DNA of 64,000 nt from Eledone cirrhosa (Eukaryota), in NCBI GenBank assembly GCA_964016885.1, contig OZ024743.1:152272001-152336000 (forward strand), written 5' to 3'. The notes below the pieces were generated by a model, which was given only the letters and a program-made list of their open reading frames with translations, searched no databases and was not told where the DNA came from. Below are positions 40,601 to 56,234 of this stretch, in pieces (within the stretch, counting starts at the first letter, position 1; each line of letters begins with the position of its first letter). Made by a program: the position numbers and the translations under genes.

Positions 40601-42499
40601 ATATGTATGTATAAAGATAGATGCTTAAACATATAAGGGTTCTGTCTGTCTTATGACTAAACACAATAAATTCAATCTTCACATTTTAAAACTTTTGTTA
40701 CCATATTTCTAATGAAAGAGACTACCTATGATTCAAGAAGTTTGAAAATAACAAGAATTTTAAAGTATTTAGCAGTATAACTAACTGTCTCATTATTAAG
40801 CTGGTGTTTGGAACATAAAGAATTTTACATACAATTATGATGGAAGGTTTTTAGATGAATATAAACAATTTGAAAGAAACTTTGTAACAGAACTAGGTGC
40901 AGTTTGAGGTGGTTTAGTGTCAAAAGCATTAAATAGAGAAATCCTTTCACATACTATTTCTTTTATAATATCTACATTGTCAGCATCTGTTTAGAGTTCA
41001 TAGGATATAGTCAGTAGTTTTGGACACTGAGATTATGAAATGTTGTAACTACAGCTTTAAGACATCCAATTACAAGAGCTAGTAAACTATGTAACACTAT
41101 ATTATTCAATATAACTACTGTACAAAAGTGTTAGGAAAGCCGTTCACCTGTAGATTCAATTCTGTGTCAGCAAGCTAGAATTACAGATATAATCAAATGC
41201 CTGAAACATATCGATACAAAAGATACTGAAAACCATTTGAATTACTGACACTCTGTTGTGAGACATTTGTGCATTCACACAATGATGGCAGTCAACCATC
41301 CAAATCAGTCTTGTGTGATGTTATCAACAAAACTATGAGTATCAAGTGAATATTATAAATAAATAATGTTAATAATTAATTGAAACATGAAAGGAAAACT
41401 ACAATATTTTTTTTAATTACTTGGTCAATATTTAGTGAAGAGAAAAATCTTTAAAATGAAATAATTCATTCAAATATTGTTTGTTTAATATATTGAATAA
41501 TTGTTTTGGTTTTTAAAATTACTTCATGGATAATGAGTATTAGTGCAATTATTTAAATATTAAGACTAATGAAGAAATTATGTGTAAATTTTGATTTAGA
41601 ATAGAAGCAATTAATTTATTTATTTATTGCTGTTTTACACCTGTATTTGTTTGCTTTGGTGAAAGTGTTTCTTCATATTTAGTTGGTGTCATACTGAGAG
41701 TCATTTTACACATAGGTGCATTTCCTAATACTAATTGTTCAACCATAGAGTAGAATAGGTGAACTGAGGCAAACAGATTCATGCACTTTTTACAGGGGGA
41801 CAATTAATGAAGAAAAGTACAAAATATTTTTCATTTCATTGTGATAAATAGGTATGGAAAATATTTTGTTTCAATATCAGTTTTTTTAAGGCTGGATATA
41901 TACAAAAAATTTACTTTTGAGTATATTTATCATCATTGCACTGATGACAAAGGAAATGAAATTCATTAATAAAGGTTTGATATAATTTATTAATATTATT
42001 CTCACAAAAAATTAAGCCTAATTATTTTAAATATATCCCTCAGTTTTTCCTCTGGATTACACTCACAATGTCATAAAGAGACAGTCTAACATTTTACAGA
42101 CATTGCTCAGCTTGCACAAGAAAATAATAACAATTTTAATCTATAAATATAAAAGCTCTTATTGTGTATCTCTTTATGTATACATTTATGTGCATGCACA
42201 TGCATACACTTCATCTCTTACACACATATACAGAATTTCAGGGTTTCTTATATTTTAACTAAGTAACATGGTAATATCTACAAAGTGTATAAACATAGGT
42301 TTTAATGTCTACACAAAATTAGCAAAAGGTAATTCTGAGTAAATTTATTCTTCATTTAGATTTCACATTTGGTTTATGGAGAGTATATAGAAATAAAATT
42401 TTAAAACATGCCACAGAAATTATCACCTTTCTAACAGCAACATATTGCCAAGCCAAATTATGCAGCTATCATCTTCATATCTATTCATAGACTGATGGT

Positions 42500-43290
42500 A
42501 AAATAGGATTTGAAATATTGACAATGACTTTTGCACCTGCTTGTATCACAAGAAAGAGGACTTATTTCCAAACCAAGCTTTGCCCAGATGGTATCTTTGA
42601 CCGCTTGATTGAACTATGGGGTCCTCCTTCCACCCAACACCACATCAAGCTCCTTTTGTCCACAATATTTAATAGCTGAACCAGAAACAGCCAATTTGAA
42701 CAGTCTACACTTGGTTAGAACGTCCTCAGTTTGGTCAAAGAGTTCTCTGAATTCGGATGCAATAGTATCCACATTCCTGGTCCTGGCTTTCTTATCCACC
42801 AAAGCTTCCTATTTTCCCCTGTAGCTTGAGCTGGATCTGCAAGTTTTGTGGGCTTCTTTGGCTTTAGGTAATTACAAGTTGCAGATAACTAGATGGTGAC
42901 CAGTTGACATCTAAGCCACTCTCTTAAACATCCAGCAGAGAATCGAAGAGATCAGAGACAATAACAAAATCAATTATTCCTCTCTGTCCCTGATTTCCCT
43001 TATACCATGTATATTTATGGCTGTCTCTGTACTGGTTCCTAATAGAAAGTTCATTGACATAACAGAAGTCTAATAAGGCCTCTCCATTTCTATTTAGTCT
43101 GGCATCGCCATTTGTTCCAATCACTCCTTTCCATGTCAGGTGGTCAGTGCCAACATGTGCATTGAAGTTTCCCATTAGGATATATAACTGAGTCTTAACT
43201 ACATCTAATGCTGCAATGACTTCATCAAGGAAGATCTGTATTCAGACTCATTGTTTGGTGCATAAACAGAGACCTATCTTTCAGCCTAAG
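42500..43290 (-). mobile_element. RTE LINE endonuclease-region fragment
   Basis: ORF 42924-43175 MGNFNAHVG...NRNGEALLDFC...YTWY...IIDFVIVS, an AP-endonuclease signature. Confidence 0.88.
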
Positions 43291-43456
43291 CTTCAAGAGG
43301 AAAATCCTCCCTCCTAATGGGATCTAGTCCAAGATTGGGAGGTAGGAGTAGGGAACTATATAGGTAGCTAGAAGAGAAGCTATGTGTTAGGTAAAATGGA
43401 GAGAAAGGGAAAATAAAAGGGTTGCTAATATTCTGTGATGAGAGAACCAGAGGGAT

Positions 43457-43499
<43 letters not shown>

Positions 43500-43500
<1 letters not shown>

Positions 43501-43822
43501 TTACTGTTTTACGTCCATTCTTCCACGCTAATATGTTGTGGGCAGTGTCCAGTCAGCTAACCTTGTCTTGCTCATACTGGAACTGATTCTGGCTTGATTT
43601 CTACAGCTGGATGCCCTTCCTAACACCAACCTCATTTACAGTGAGTACTAGGTTCTTTTGTTTCTGTGGCACCTACATATCCCCTTTTCAGTGTGGGCTG
43701 GGTGCTTTTTTGCCGTGGCACCTCCACGACCACTTTGCAGTGGAGTGAGGGGGGGATACTGTCTATATGCATCAGCGTTGGTTTGTATCCTTGGGAAGTC
43801 AGGTCTTCTGTATTACTGCGAG
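43500..43822 (-). mobile_element. RTE LINE 3' UTR fragment
   Basis: Reverse complement of the 46670-47030 tail. Confidence 0.8.
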
Positions 43823-45139
43823 ATAAATGTTGTTCCTTCACATCAAACTCTTAAATTCAAACACACTTTTTTATACTTGCACAGCCTTCCCAATGCCTCT
43901 CTCACTCCTTAAATATTGCTTCCTCAGTACAGGGTATCACTCACCACCCCCATAAGATGATAAGATAGAACAGACTCTTCAGTTGTGTCAGTGACTGGAA
44001 ACCTACCTAGTGCTGGTGTCATAATAAAACGCACCCCATACACTCTGTAAAGTGGATGCCAGCTGTACAAAACATGCCATATAAAGTGTTAAAAAGACTC
44101 TTCAGTTATTACAAGGCCATAATAGCCTTTGTAGTGCTCATGTCAATAACATCCACCTACTGCACTCTGTGGGAATATATGTAAGACAGGATCAGATCCC
44201 CCTACTTCCCTGGCCTGTCTGAGAGATCAGTAACTCCAATTATATACTGACTTGGGCTATGACAATCCATCCAACGCTTGTTAGCAAGGAAAGGGACATT
44301 AAATTTGATTGATGGTGATGACGTATACATTTGTCAGAAACTGTGTTGGTAATTTTGTTTCAAATATATTTTGCTCAATTTCAGATATGTTATTTTAATA
44401 TTGATTTGCAGTTTACTAAAATTAACTCCTCTTTTTTAATTATCATAACTCAGTAAAGAATCACAGCTAAATGCTTAACAGAAACACCAGAAATTGTTAT
44501 AATTGAGTTGATATCATTAATATTGAATACCTACATAGTATACACTACCATATATACTTATCAAATAGTCACAGGTTTTTTTTACTAAAGAAACTGTTGC
44601 AAAAAAAAAAAAATGTGACTCATCTACTGGACCTCATTCTAGGCTAGTAATTTGCAGCACATTATCACACATACACACAAACAAGCATAGAGAGTGAAAA
44701 GTGGAGGGTTGATTATGAAGTACAGGTTGGTTCTGTTACGACTATATGTTTATCAGCATTATAAACAAGTAGCTGTTGATTATGGATTATGCAATAGTAA
44801 TATGACTCCATGTATGAAATATAGTTTTCTATCAGCCAGCCAATATTCAAATGTCCATTGGATGCTACATATATTTTTACTCATTTTAGTAATGGTGATT
44901 TAAAAGCAGTAGTTAATCTGATTGTTTTAGGTATAAAATCACATTGCTACAACGTTTATGGTTTCATGACATTGTTAGACTATACTATAAATAATTGCGA
45001 TTATTATATTTAAAATACAACCCCAAACAATATTGTGAACAGCATTTCTGAAAAGCAACACATGACAAAGTACTTGGCAAAGACTAAATACAAAGGGTAT
45101 GCACTTATCTACTGCTATATATTAATATCAATTCTACAA

Positions 45140-45415
45140 GCCTAATGTCTGCCTCAAGAGTCTCATCAGGCCAGTGCTTATCCCAATTTCCATAGCACTA
45201 AGCGATGAGAGTAAAATAATCCACCTGGATAGGGTGGCAGTCTATCGCAGGGTTGAATCCCCAGCTATTGCTGGTACTCATTTTTCAGTTGAGTATACTA
45301 AGCAACGTGAAATGAAGTATTTTGCTCAAGAACACAACACAACCCAGTCAAGGAATCGAACCCACAGCATTATAGTCATAAGTCCAACACCCTTACCACT
45401 AGGCCATATGCCTCC
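45140..45415 (-). mobile_element. tRNA-derived CORE-type SINE with a different 3' region
   Basis: Minus strand starts GGAGGCATATGGCCTAGTGGTAAGGG (A-box), then GGGTTCGATTCC (B-box) and TTGTGTTCTTGAGCAAAATACTTCATTTCACGTTGCT (CORE-like). Confidence 0.8.
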
Positions 45416-45925
45416 ACACAGACATACATCTTTATTAGTCAATATATCGATTTATCATGATCAATTAACCCTCTGGAACGATCGTAAAACAATGAACTAA
45501 TTAAGAAACTATGTTTGCCTATTGTTTTATTAACCTTGTCCAAAACAAACACAGCCACACACAAAATACATACAAATATACATATTATACATATGTATAT
45601 ATATATATATATACAATGTATCTCTCTTTGTTACAGATAGAAGGGAAGCCAAATATTGGAAATGTCTTATGTTTTGAAAAGTCTTTAATTTCCAATATTT
45701 TCAGAAAGTTTTTTTTTTTTAATTATTCACATTATTCATAGCACTGATTGTTTTTTGTAGCCATTCCATTTTTAAATGTTCTACAAGCCACTACTTTTTG
45801 AAATTTTGTTTTTTAACTGTTGGCAGCATCTATAAACATTGTTAGTTTTTGAATAAGAAGAATAGTAAAGTAGTGCCAAATATTTTGATCATCGAATTCC
45901 TTCCTTTATGGATTATTCACTTTTT

Positions 45926-45945
45926 GGGGGGGGGGGGGGGGGGGG
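45926..45945. repeat. Poly-G tract (20 nt)
   Basis: Read directly. Confidence 0.95.
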
Positions 45946-46184
45946 TAATTATTTTAAAAATACACCTTCCTATGCAATTCTTTTATGTTTTTATCTTAGA
46001 TAGACACTTTTTCATCTAAACCTGTTTACATTTCAGGGATTTGATAATTTGATCAAGTTTCATGTAATAATTACTATTATCCATTATTTTTCAAAGGTAA
46101 ATTTTTTCTTCATGATAAAACGGTTATATTAAAGGCTATTTATGTATATATGTAAGTGTGAGTGTGTTTATATATATATATGTG

Positions 46185-46234
<50 letters not shown>

Positions 46235-46254
46235 CATATATATATATGTGTATA

Positions 46255-47030
46255 TAGGGTTTTTCTCTAAAAATGAAAGGCAGATTGTATGATGCTTGTA
46301 TATGAACGGCAATGTTACATGGTAGTGAGACCTGGGCGTTGTGTGAGGAAGACTTGCGTCGATTAGAAAGAAACAAAGTTTGCATACGCCGATGAATGTG
46401 TAATAGTAATACATGTGAACGGCAAAGCATAAACGAATTGAGAGAGACTAAGCATAAGAGGAATCAAATGCTGTGTGCAGGAGAGGAGATTACGTTGGTA
46501 TGGACATGTGATTCATATGAAGGATGACAGCTGCATAAAAAGGTGCAGGGCACTAAAAGTCAATGGAAGCCTTGGAGTGGGGAGACCCAAGAAGACCTGG
46601 GATGAGGTGATAAAAGCTGACCTTGCCTAATTTCACCTCTGAAAGGCAATGATACAGGACTGAGACCTCTTGCGTTACACAGTAATACAGAAGTCCTGAC
46701 TTCCCACTGGTACAAGCCAAAGCTGAAACGTACAGACAGTATGCCCCACCACCCCTCCCACTGTAAAGTGGTCGTGTAGGTGTCATGACAAAAAAGCACC
46801 CAGCCCAACTGTAGAGTGGTCATGTAGGCACCACAGTAAAAAAGAACCAATACTCACTGTAAATGAGGTTAGTGTTAGGAAGGGCATCCAGCTGTAAAAA
46901 TCAAGCCAAAATCAATTCTGTATGAGCTAGACATGGTCACTTGACCTGGCATTGCTCACAACAGAACACCTGTCTAACTCATGCTAGCGTGGAAGAATGG
47001 ATGTAAAACGGTGGTGATGATGATGATGAT
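46255..47030 (+). mobile_element. RTE-clade LINE 3' end with complete 3' UTR
   Basis: GRLYDAC...MLHGSETWAL...LRRLERN...RRLRWYGHV...GRPKKTWDEVIKADL, then the 3' UTR and a (GAT)n tail; flanked by (TA)n. Confidence 0.92.
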
Positions 47031-47090
47031 ATATGCATACATATATATATGTATATACATGTATATACATATATATACATGTTGTTCTTG

Positions 47091-47125
<35 letters not shown>

Positions 47126-49892
47126 AACAACACATAAATACATAAAGTTATTCATTGCAATTAAATTATCTTGGATTACAGAATCTTAGAATATATTGCA
47201 GCTGTCAACCAAAATACTAATCATAGCTAAAGTTTGAATTATTATATAGTGAAATAATTATTTTCTAACAGTAAACAACTGGACCATTGAACCTAATCAA
47301 TGATCACCTGAACTGCTAATTGATAACACAGCTGTAGAAACTTCACTTGGCTTCATTTCAGTTCAAGTGTCTACTATAATATGAAGTATTTGAATTAACC
47401 ATTCTTTATTAATACTAAAATATTTCAGACTTCTAATGCAGTGTAATTATTTCAAATAGTGCTTTATTATCACATGTCCGTTAACTAGCTCTCTATTGTA
47501 CAATTCAAATAAATTAATTTGACTAGTTAATCATTTTCTTGTTAATCTTTAAAAAGTTTATATGCCAAAAACATGTATAACATGTGCAACATGACAATCT
47601 GGGGAAAACATAGTGATATCGTTCTTAGTAAAATAAATGTTATGCCATGAGGAAGAAGAACAGCTTATTAGCAAGGGAAGAATATATATATATATATGTT
47701 CATTAACCCACAGACATACACTCACAGAAGATACAAGCATGTATACACACTTTAATACACTTAGTCATATACAATATTTCAAGCACAAGCAATTGTCACA
47801 TCCGTATTTTTTCTGGAGGTTTTTCTTTTGTTTCTAAAAAATAGAATAATAAAAACTTATTTCAGGCATTGCCAAACATCAAACATCTTGTTGGCCAGAG
47901 TTGGTAATAGGCTTAAAAGCAACAGCATGGACAAAGGACCTGGCCACTAATCTTGACCTTCATCTGTAATTAGTTGCTCATTTGACAGTCACAAGCACTC
48001 TTAAACATTTTCACCCAGTTTACTGTGCTGTCATAAAGCCTTAACATCAATGAGTATATCAGAGCCACTTTACTCACTAGAGAACATCACTCTGTTTTCA
48101 TAACCCCAACGAATAATTTCCCCTCCATGATCTAGCATATCTAATAATTTCAACTTCCTATACAATTCCATCTTTATAGACACTACCCATTTCAGTTTAC
48201 TAAAAACCTATAGATTTTCACTCCTGCTTCTACTTTTCTTCTTCACACTACTACACACCAAATTTATGACCTCAGTCTCACAAGTCTCCCAGCTTCACCA
48301 CTTCTACTGCAAAGACCGACTTCCATTCTAGATCAAAGTATATGCATCACTATTTTGTCTCACGCAAATCATTATAAATGCTGACCACCACCAAACCCAA
48401 TATATAAGCTGTACTGTTGTATTCACTTACAGAGTTTGAATTCTCTTCCTCTTAACTCTGCAGCTTAGCTATCGTGCAATTACTGCCTCATATAATCAAA
48501 CCCAATAAGCACACTTATCATTCCCAAACCTACACAACTCTCCATTGAGTGAAATTATAATCTATATGACATTTTAGCCATCCAACCTAGAATATTCATG
48601 TGCCTCTGCTTCTCCTTTCATCTTAACAGCTATTCTACTAGGATGTGATTGACTAGTTTGACTGCCCATCCTCCAACATAATATACTACATAGAGTACAA
48701 GCTCTGTACTGCATTGTACATAGGCAAAATAAGTTGTCAGTTACAGAAAATGATATTCTGTGAATACTTCCTCAACAGTCATAATAAACCCAAAAATTCT
48801 TCAAATTTCTAGCATAATTTCTTAACTATTTTTCATCTATTCTGAAATATTTTACTTAAATATGCTGTTATTTATTCTAAGACCTTCAATATCCATCCAA
48901 TTTCAAGAGACTATCAGTTTCAATTGATTGTATATTAGCGTGTAAATTAGCAAATACAAAATCTTTTTACAATCTGTTGGAGTTGTAAGTGAAACTTGAG
49001 ATCTCTTGTTTCTCATAGTTATTGAAATGTAAAAATGTAAATGTTTTCAGTATACCTATGGTTCTCTTAAAAGCTGGTGCTCAACTCCAGTTTCATGGTT
49101 TAAGCAGATTAAAGATAAATTTTCATTTGGATAAGGCATTAATATATCACAAGAAACTATTCCTGACAGCAAGTTGAACTGAAGTACAAACAGTTAAGTC
49201 TCCTGTTCATATATATAATAAAATGTCTGTCATGAATTTAAACAGAAGGAGTATGAATTAGATCTTCAATCCATATAAACTTGACTATCTTGCATCAACT
49301 TAATAGTAGTGTAGATTTTGAAGCATAGGAAGAAAATATTTGTACAAATTTACCTCTAACATGGAATTAAATGAAAACAATTCCACAGGAGCACTAAAAC
49401 AATCAGTTCCATCAGGTTTAAAATTATCTGAAGACTTTTAAGTAGTTTTGTGGGCAGTGAGTATATTTATGAGTACCATTCTTACTATTCAGGAACTGTT
49501 CAGTGTACATTTTCATACTGTAGTTTGGAGCTAAATTGTTTAATGTCAGACACATAATGGTTATTACTGTTTTGCCTTTGGTCAATCCTGATCAAGCAGA
49601 TTAATAATCTCACACGTTCCAGCAGTGATTATCCTGTCTTTCTTTTTTCTAAATCTATGATCTGGATGGTGTGGGATGATTTGAGGGGGATTTGGCTGCT
49701 ATTCCTAGCAGATCATACAATCACATATAATCTCCTTCATACACCCAAGGTACCTAATGGTAGTGTTATAATAATAATAATGAATTTATTGTGTACATTG
49801 CTCAGGTGCAATACAACTCATCAAAGGTGCATGTATAGTACATAGAATAATGTACAAATGTCAGGAAAGTGAACAGTGTAGGAGTCATGATG

Positions 49893-50005
<113 letters not shown>

Positions 50006-52100
50006 AGGGGGGATATCAGGTGTAGTGTTGGCAAATTTCAGAAAGTTTAGAGGTTTAGTGATATTTGACAGAAAATGTACTTTTGTTCCTCACTGTGATC
50101 AATAGATGAGATTGTGCAATTGCTGAAACAATTGCTTTTATAGATGCATTTTCTTTTTACTATTAACTACGAAATAGAAATGGAACCAGTTGTTATTGTC
50201 AGCTCCAATTCAGAAAACCTATGATCAAGGGGATTCAAGCAGTTACCATACTGTATATTGTTTAAGTATATTTTATGCAGGATTACATTGTCCAACATAT
50301 CCTCCTCTTGCACACAAATGAGATTTGAACTTTTGACCATTTAATCAGTAGTCAAGTAGTATTTAACCTCACCAGCCATCATACCACATAATAATTCCAA
50401 CCAAAATTAGACATGTAATTTTGTCATTGATGATCGACTTATTAATATAAATCAATAAGACATCATTTGAGGAGTGATTCATTAGTAGAACAGAAATAGT
50501 GGATGAAGGACTCATTTATAACAAATTTTTTTTTTTAGTCTAAGGAGGATTTAGGACATCTTGTGACCTTTTCAAAGCTTCCCAGACATATGAAAACAAT
50601 GTGATTGATGGATAGTTGCTTGAACTCTAAAAAGTTCAAGCTTCTGGAACAAATTCAGGCAAGAATGTTATTTGAAAATGTAGTTCTGAGTAAGAAGGTT
50701 TGGGGACATATCTAGTGCTAGGTTTGAAGGTAGTACAAAATAAGGTTGATAAGTAGATACATAACCCCATATCCTTTTCTTCACCAGTCAATAACTGATG
50801 CCACTTGTCCAATGACCACTGCATTTTGACAGCCCTAGCTAAGGCAACTAACCTCCATCCTTCAATGATGCAGAGAATAGTCACATTTTTCAAACATTGT
50901 TTATCTTTTGCTTTCCTCTGTTATGCACACTATTAAAACTGTTTCCCTTTATCATATATTAGCAACTGATGTTGAGCCAACCATATAAATAATATGTTTT
51001 TTATCATCTTGTGGAGTTAAATATGGTTTTATCATGTAAATGATATGCTTTTATCATCTCATTTTATGTTTTTTTTCAATGCATGCATGAATCTTCGAGT
51101 CTATGGGTGGCCACTATAACATAGTTGTTGATATGATATCAAAGCACACATTTGATATATATGTTGTTGTTTTTAAAAACCTTGATAAAATAAAATTTAA
51201 TTTTTGTTACATATTTTTGTAAACAGTAAGCAACCGAACATTACAATTACACACACAACTAACACCAGCACATCACCTTTAGAGCTAAAATTAGAGAACA
51301 AACAACTTTTAAGTGTTTTAAATCTATTTATCAAATTAACAGTTGACAGATATGTAAGGTGAAATTTCTACAATAGACAGATATTAATACCACTTCTTCC
51401 TTTCCACTTTCAAATACCATTCAACTGAACTACTCTGACTGCCTAAATTCTTTTCAAGTATGAAATATCACACATCCAAATAACAGAATGTAACACTTGA
51501 ACTTTTAAGAGATCACAAACTTGCAGAAATCTTTTAGTCAGGACAGACAGAATTCTATATAATGGTGTTATAGTTAACTAAACATGGCAGCAAGGAAAGA
51601 AGATGGATTAAAAGATTGTAGTCAGCCATTCAAAAGAGATTTGTTCTTAAAGACAAGTTTAAACTGAATTATCATCTTTATATATCACATTATGTATTTC
51701 AGTGCACCACTTCAAACCATCATGGCTCAGAAAATATAACACTCTGATATGCCTATAGAGGTTATTGGTAATAATATATTGTGTTAAAATTTTTTCTTCT
51801 AAAATCAACTGACAAATAATAAGTAAATTCATGAGCTTTTAAAATTGGATGGAAAATTTTCAGAAATGAGATAATGTTGGCATCTAAATATATCTGACAT
51901 AAAATATGAGGAGATCAAATCGAGCTTATGACATTATTAAACTTCCTATTAAAATGTACATATATCAGGAGAAATTCAATAGATAAATAAATACTCACAG
52001 TAAATACAAGTAGATTCCATAAGTAGGCTATGTTAACAATGATAGCTAGCTATGTATGTTGGAGATGATGTGAAAAAAATCCAAAAGATACAAGTTGAGG

Positions 52101-52631
52101 TTTTAAAGACTACATGATATTACCACTGATAGACTCAAACTGAAAGTCAACTGAAACATACTATAAGCAAATTAAATTCATCAACTGACAAAAGGTTTCT
52201 ACAATGGAATTCTAAAGAAAAAGTATAAAAGGATAGTATGTTTTGGTTTGTAGCATAGGTACAACATATTCGTCCATATTGTAAGAGATGGAATCAAAAA
52301 ACGGCATCAAGTCATAAAACAGTGCTCTAAATGATTCTGCCCAATCCATGCCAACATATAAAAACAATGATAATGATGATGATGGATATAGTAGGCTGGA
52401 AGAGAGACATAGTTAATAGTTGTTCTATTTATAAAGTCCACAGAACACTTTTATTCACTGTACCATTACTTCATTAGGAATGTCCAGATTGATTGGAGGC
52501 ATCCTATGCATTAATTTTAAAGACTATGATATTAGCACTAATAGACACAAACTGAAAGTCATCTGAAACATACTATAAGCAGATTAAATGCATCAGCTCT
52601 CAAAAATTATCTACATTGGAATTTTCAAGAA
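52101..52631. repeat. Local direct duplication of about 118 bp
   Basis: 52101-52219 and 52515-52631 share TTTTAAAGACTA...AAACTGAAAGTCA.CTGAAACATACTATAAGCA.ATTAAAT...CTACA.TGGAATT; moderately diverged. Confidence 0.85.
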
Positions 52632-54255
52632 GGGTAAATGATAATGGAACATGTTTTCCCTCACCAAGAATTTTAGGCATTTTGAACAAACTACAAACAT
52701 TAAAAATATCTATTGTGCACTATTTAAATTATCAGAGAAGGTCTTCAGAATCAGTGTAGATGCCAGATGTCTTATTTTCAGCATGCCTACTGTATCATAT
52801 TAAACAACCTCAAGAATTACAGCTTGGTGGTTACTGATAAGGAGGCAAGTCAGGGCAAATTTTCAAACCAGGAAAATATATCTTACAGAATCAGCTTTGC
52901 CAAAAGAAACAACTTTCGTATGCCTGAGAACATCTTAATATTTCTAATTTGGGTTATATTGTAATATAACTAAAAGCCAAAACTTTATTAACCATTTTGA
53001 TACCAACGTGTCCACAACCATCTCTTTTTCAATAAAACAAAATCACGTATTTAAAACGGTCTCTATTAAAATCTATACCTTGCCTCAAGTGGGACAACCA
53101 GGTCCAACCCATGCTAGCATGAAAGATGGACGTTAAACGATGATGATGATGATGATGGTGGTGGTCGTGGTGATGATCTTCTAAAACAATATGAGAAACT
53201 TTTGTTAAATTATGTTACAATAAAATATTATTATTAATAATTTAGTAAATCCTTTCAAAGTCTCCTTTAATTAACATTGGAAATGTAGTGGTGGTGAAAG
53301 GTTTAATAGACAATCTTTTATTGATAATTATCCTGAATATATGAAAGAAATTAGATATCAAGGTGATTGATAGGTTCTATGTAAGTGAAAAGAAGAAAGG
53401 GAGGTAATAACAATCTATATTGTGTCAACTGGAAATCTCTTCTCTGAACTGAGTGCATTATAAATGTTCTAGCAATAGAGTACACATCACACTTTGCTAC
53501 TTAATCAAGCTAATGAGAGAATCTCTACATAGTCAGTTAATAGGCAAGAAATAAGTGTCAAATCTTTCTCAATTCACATCCCACCATCCTAAATAAAGAA
53601 AGATACATTGGACAGCATATTTCCCAATGTTCAAAAAGACAAGATGATCAAAGCTGAAACACTATTGATTATATATGTCTGCTAGGTCAGGGCTGATCAG
53701 GGGCTAAATAAAATATTTTACATTTACAATTAGTGAACAATAATGTTATTGGTTACAACAGACCTAAATTACTGATTTATTGCATTTCTCATGATGTGAC
53801 ATCAGAAAGTTTTATAACAAAGAAATTTCTGTACTTAATACAAAAAAAGTACAACATTTTTGGTTTTTTATCGCTGATGTTTACATCTTTTGCAGGTATA
53901 TATTGCCAAAAGATGCACACGAACATACAGATACACACACTTACACTCTGTAAAGTGAAGAAAGAAGGGTACACAGTGGTAGAAACCAAGGCACAATGGT
54001 CGAGAGAGCTCTTCAGCCACAGCAAGGACATATAAACATCTCTAGTATTAGTGCCAAAATAAAATGTACTCAATTACACACTGTTAAGTGATTGTCATTA
54101 AAAAAGTATCCATCAAAAGAAACCATGCAAAAAATGTAACATATTTAGTGAAAAATGGTAACCAAACTTTTGTAAAAGAATAGTAGCTTTGATTAAGTAC
54201 TGACTAGGTTTGCCTGCACAACTAACTGTAGGATGGAAATACAGATATATAATAT

Positions 54256-54308
<53 letters not shown>

Positions 54309-54399
54309 TAACAGATTAAAGTTTAAGCAAAGAATCGCTGCTTTCACCCTTAATGGGAGCTTCTGAAAGATTTTAAGTCTTCACATTTATTATTATTAT

Positions 54400-54467
<68 letters not shown>

Positions 54468-56234
54468 ATAATATATATATAAATTCATACATGCACATGA
54501 CAGGCCTCTACAGTTTCCAGCTAGCAAATTCCACTCACAATGTATCATTCAGCCTAAGGTTTATAGAAGAAAACACTTGACAAGATGCTGCATTGTAGAA
54601 CTCAGACGCAAGTAGATGTGGAGCAAACCTCATAAGCATACAGCCATGCCTCAAACAAGGAGATAATGAAAGTTAAAATAAAATAATATGGAATTTTTAC
54701 TAGTTAGAAACTTTTTTTTCACTAATCATTTTTGCAGATCTTTTTGGTTCATCATTGTTTCCTTACCACATAGCTACAGAAATAAACCCAAGATTTAAGG
54801 TGATATTTCATAGATTGCTTTCAATATCTAAAGTTCATGTTCAACAATCAAAATAAAATCAACAAATTTCAATTAAATTATGCAATAAATTATTTTTTTT
54901 GAGGGGGGAGGGCAAACTCTAAAACCCAATCTGGATGACAGAACAGCCAGTAACAACCACTGCACCAGCCACTGCATTTATTTTAATGCACAGAAATAGT
55001 TATACTATACTATATTATAGAGCTATGCAGGAGAATAAACCAGTTACATAATTATGAAAAGAAAAATGAATTTAAAAAATGACAGAGTTACCATAAACTA
55101 TAAATTTACTGAGAAATCAGTGTGATAAACAAGCTGTTTCCTTATTATTTTTAGATTGTTAAAGCTAAAAGCTGATATTTCGTATTCCAGTCTTTTGATG
55201 CTTTAAGGCAACAAAAATAATAATAATATTTACTAATTTTATAAAAGAGACTTGGGTTAATAAATTTTGGTTGAATGTAAAAATGTTAGATTTAATTTAA
55301 CTTTATAACACCTAGTATAGCAGCAATGGATGCCAGTTAATTTAAAGTTAGCAGATTTTCTTCAAGATAATACTATTACATGGTGCCTAACTTATATAGA
55401 AAAGAAGTCAGGTAAGAATAATAACAAGTGTGATGTCTCTTTGAAAGCAATCATTTCCTTTCTTTAGGTAAAAGCATCATTATGTTACAAATTATAAGAG
55501 AAGTTCTTAAGAGACAGACTTGTATCACTTCAAGGAAGAATTCGATTCAAGCAGCCATTGATAAAATTGAATAATTTCTAACTAAATATATTATGGTTTA
55601 TAAAAACTGACACTGAAATCGTTCTCCGTTCCAAATTAAATTCTAACAGTCTATGCCTAGCTGTTTCCCTACCTAATGCATACATACACACAGAGGAAGA
55701 GAAAGTCAGTATGATGGAACATCTTCAGAATAAATATTAATAGGAAATATTAATATGTTCAGACAATCAAGTGAAAAAAAAAACAACGTAATAATAATAG
55801 GATTTGCTTTATTTTATTTCGGAAGAATCATGGGGAAGTAATGTTGCTTTTAGGGTATTTATCTAGATTTGAATATAGATTTAAAATTCAGATAAACATT
55901 GAGAACAAAAGTCAATCGTTTTCAGTCAATTCAATGGAGAGCAAGAAGCTGAAATTTGTTTGTATATTTAATCAAGTTTTCTAAACATCTCTAACAATAT
56001 AAATAAATATTGTAAAATTGCTAACAGTTATTGTTTACATATTTAATGCTTTGAACATTATAAACTTAACTAAATACAAATACATTTTTAATAGCCATGT
56101 ATTAAAAATAAGCTAACACTAACTTAAGTGCCACATGCAGTGAACATCTCAGTGATATATTGTCTAAAAAATATTACTAAGTTTGGGTCTGGAAGGCTGT
56201 TTTACACTTTCAATCCCATATTTCTAATAAAGAC

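Noticed and set aside
46136-46430. ORFs rich in YIYI or CVCV (also 29090, 43286, 49850)
   Set aside because: Microsatellite translations.
54303-54390. Short insert between two (TA)n tracts with minus-strand CAGAAG-CTCCC-ATTAA-GGGT-GAAAG (second hammerhead?)
   Set aside because: The core and stems I and III cannot be formed convincingly.
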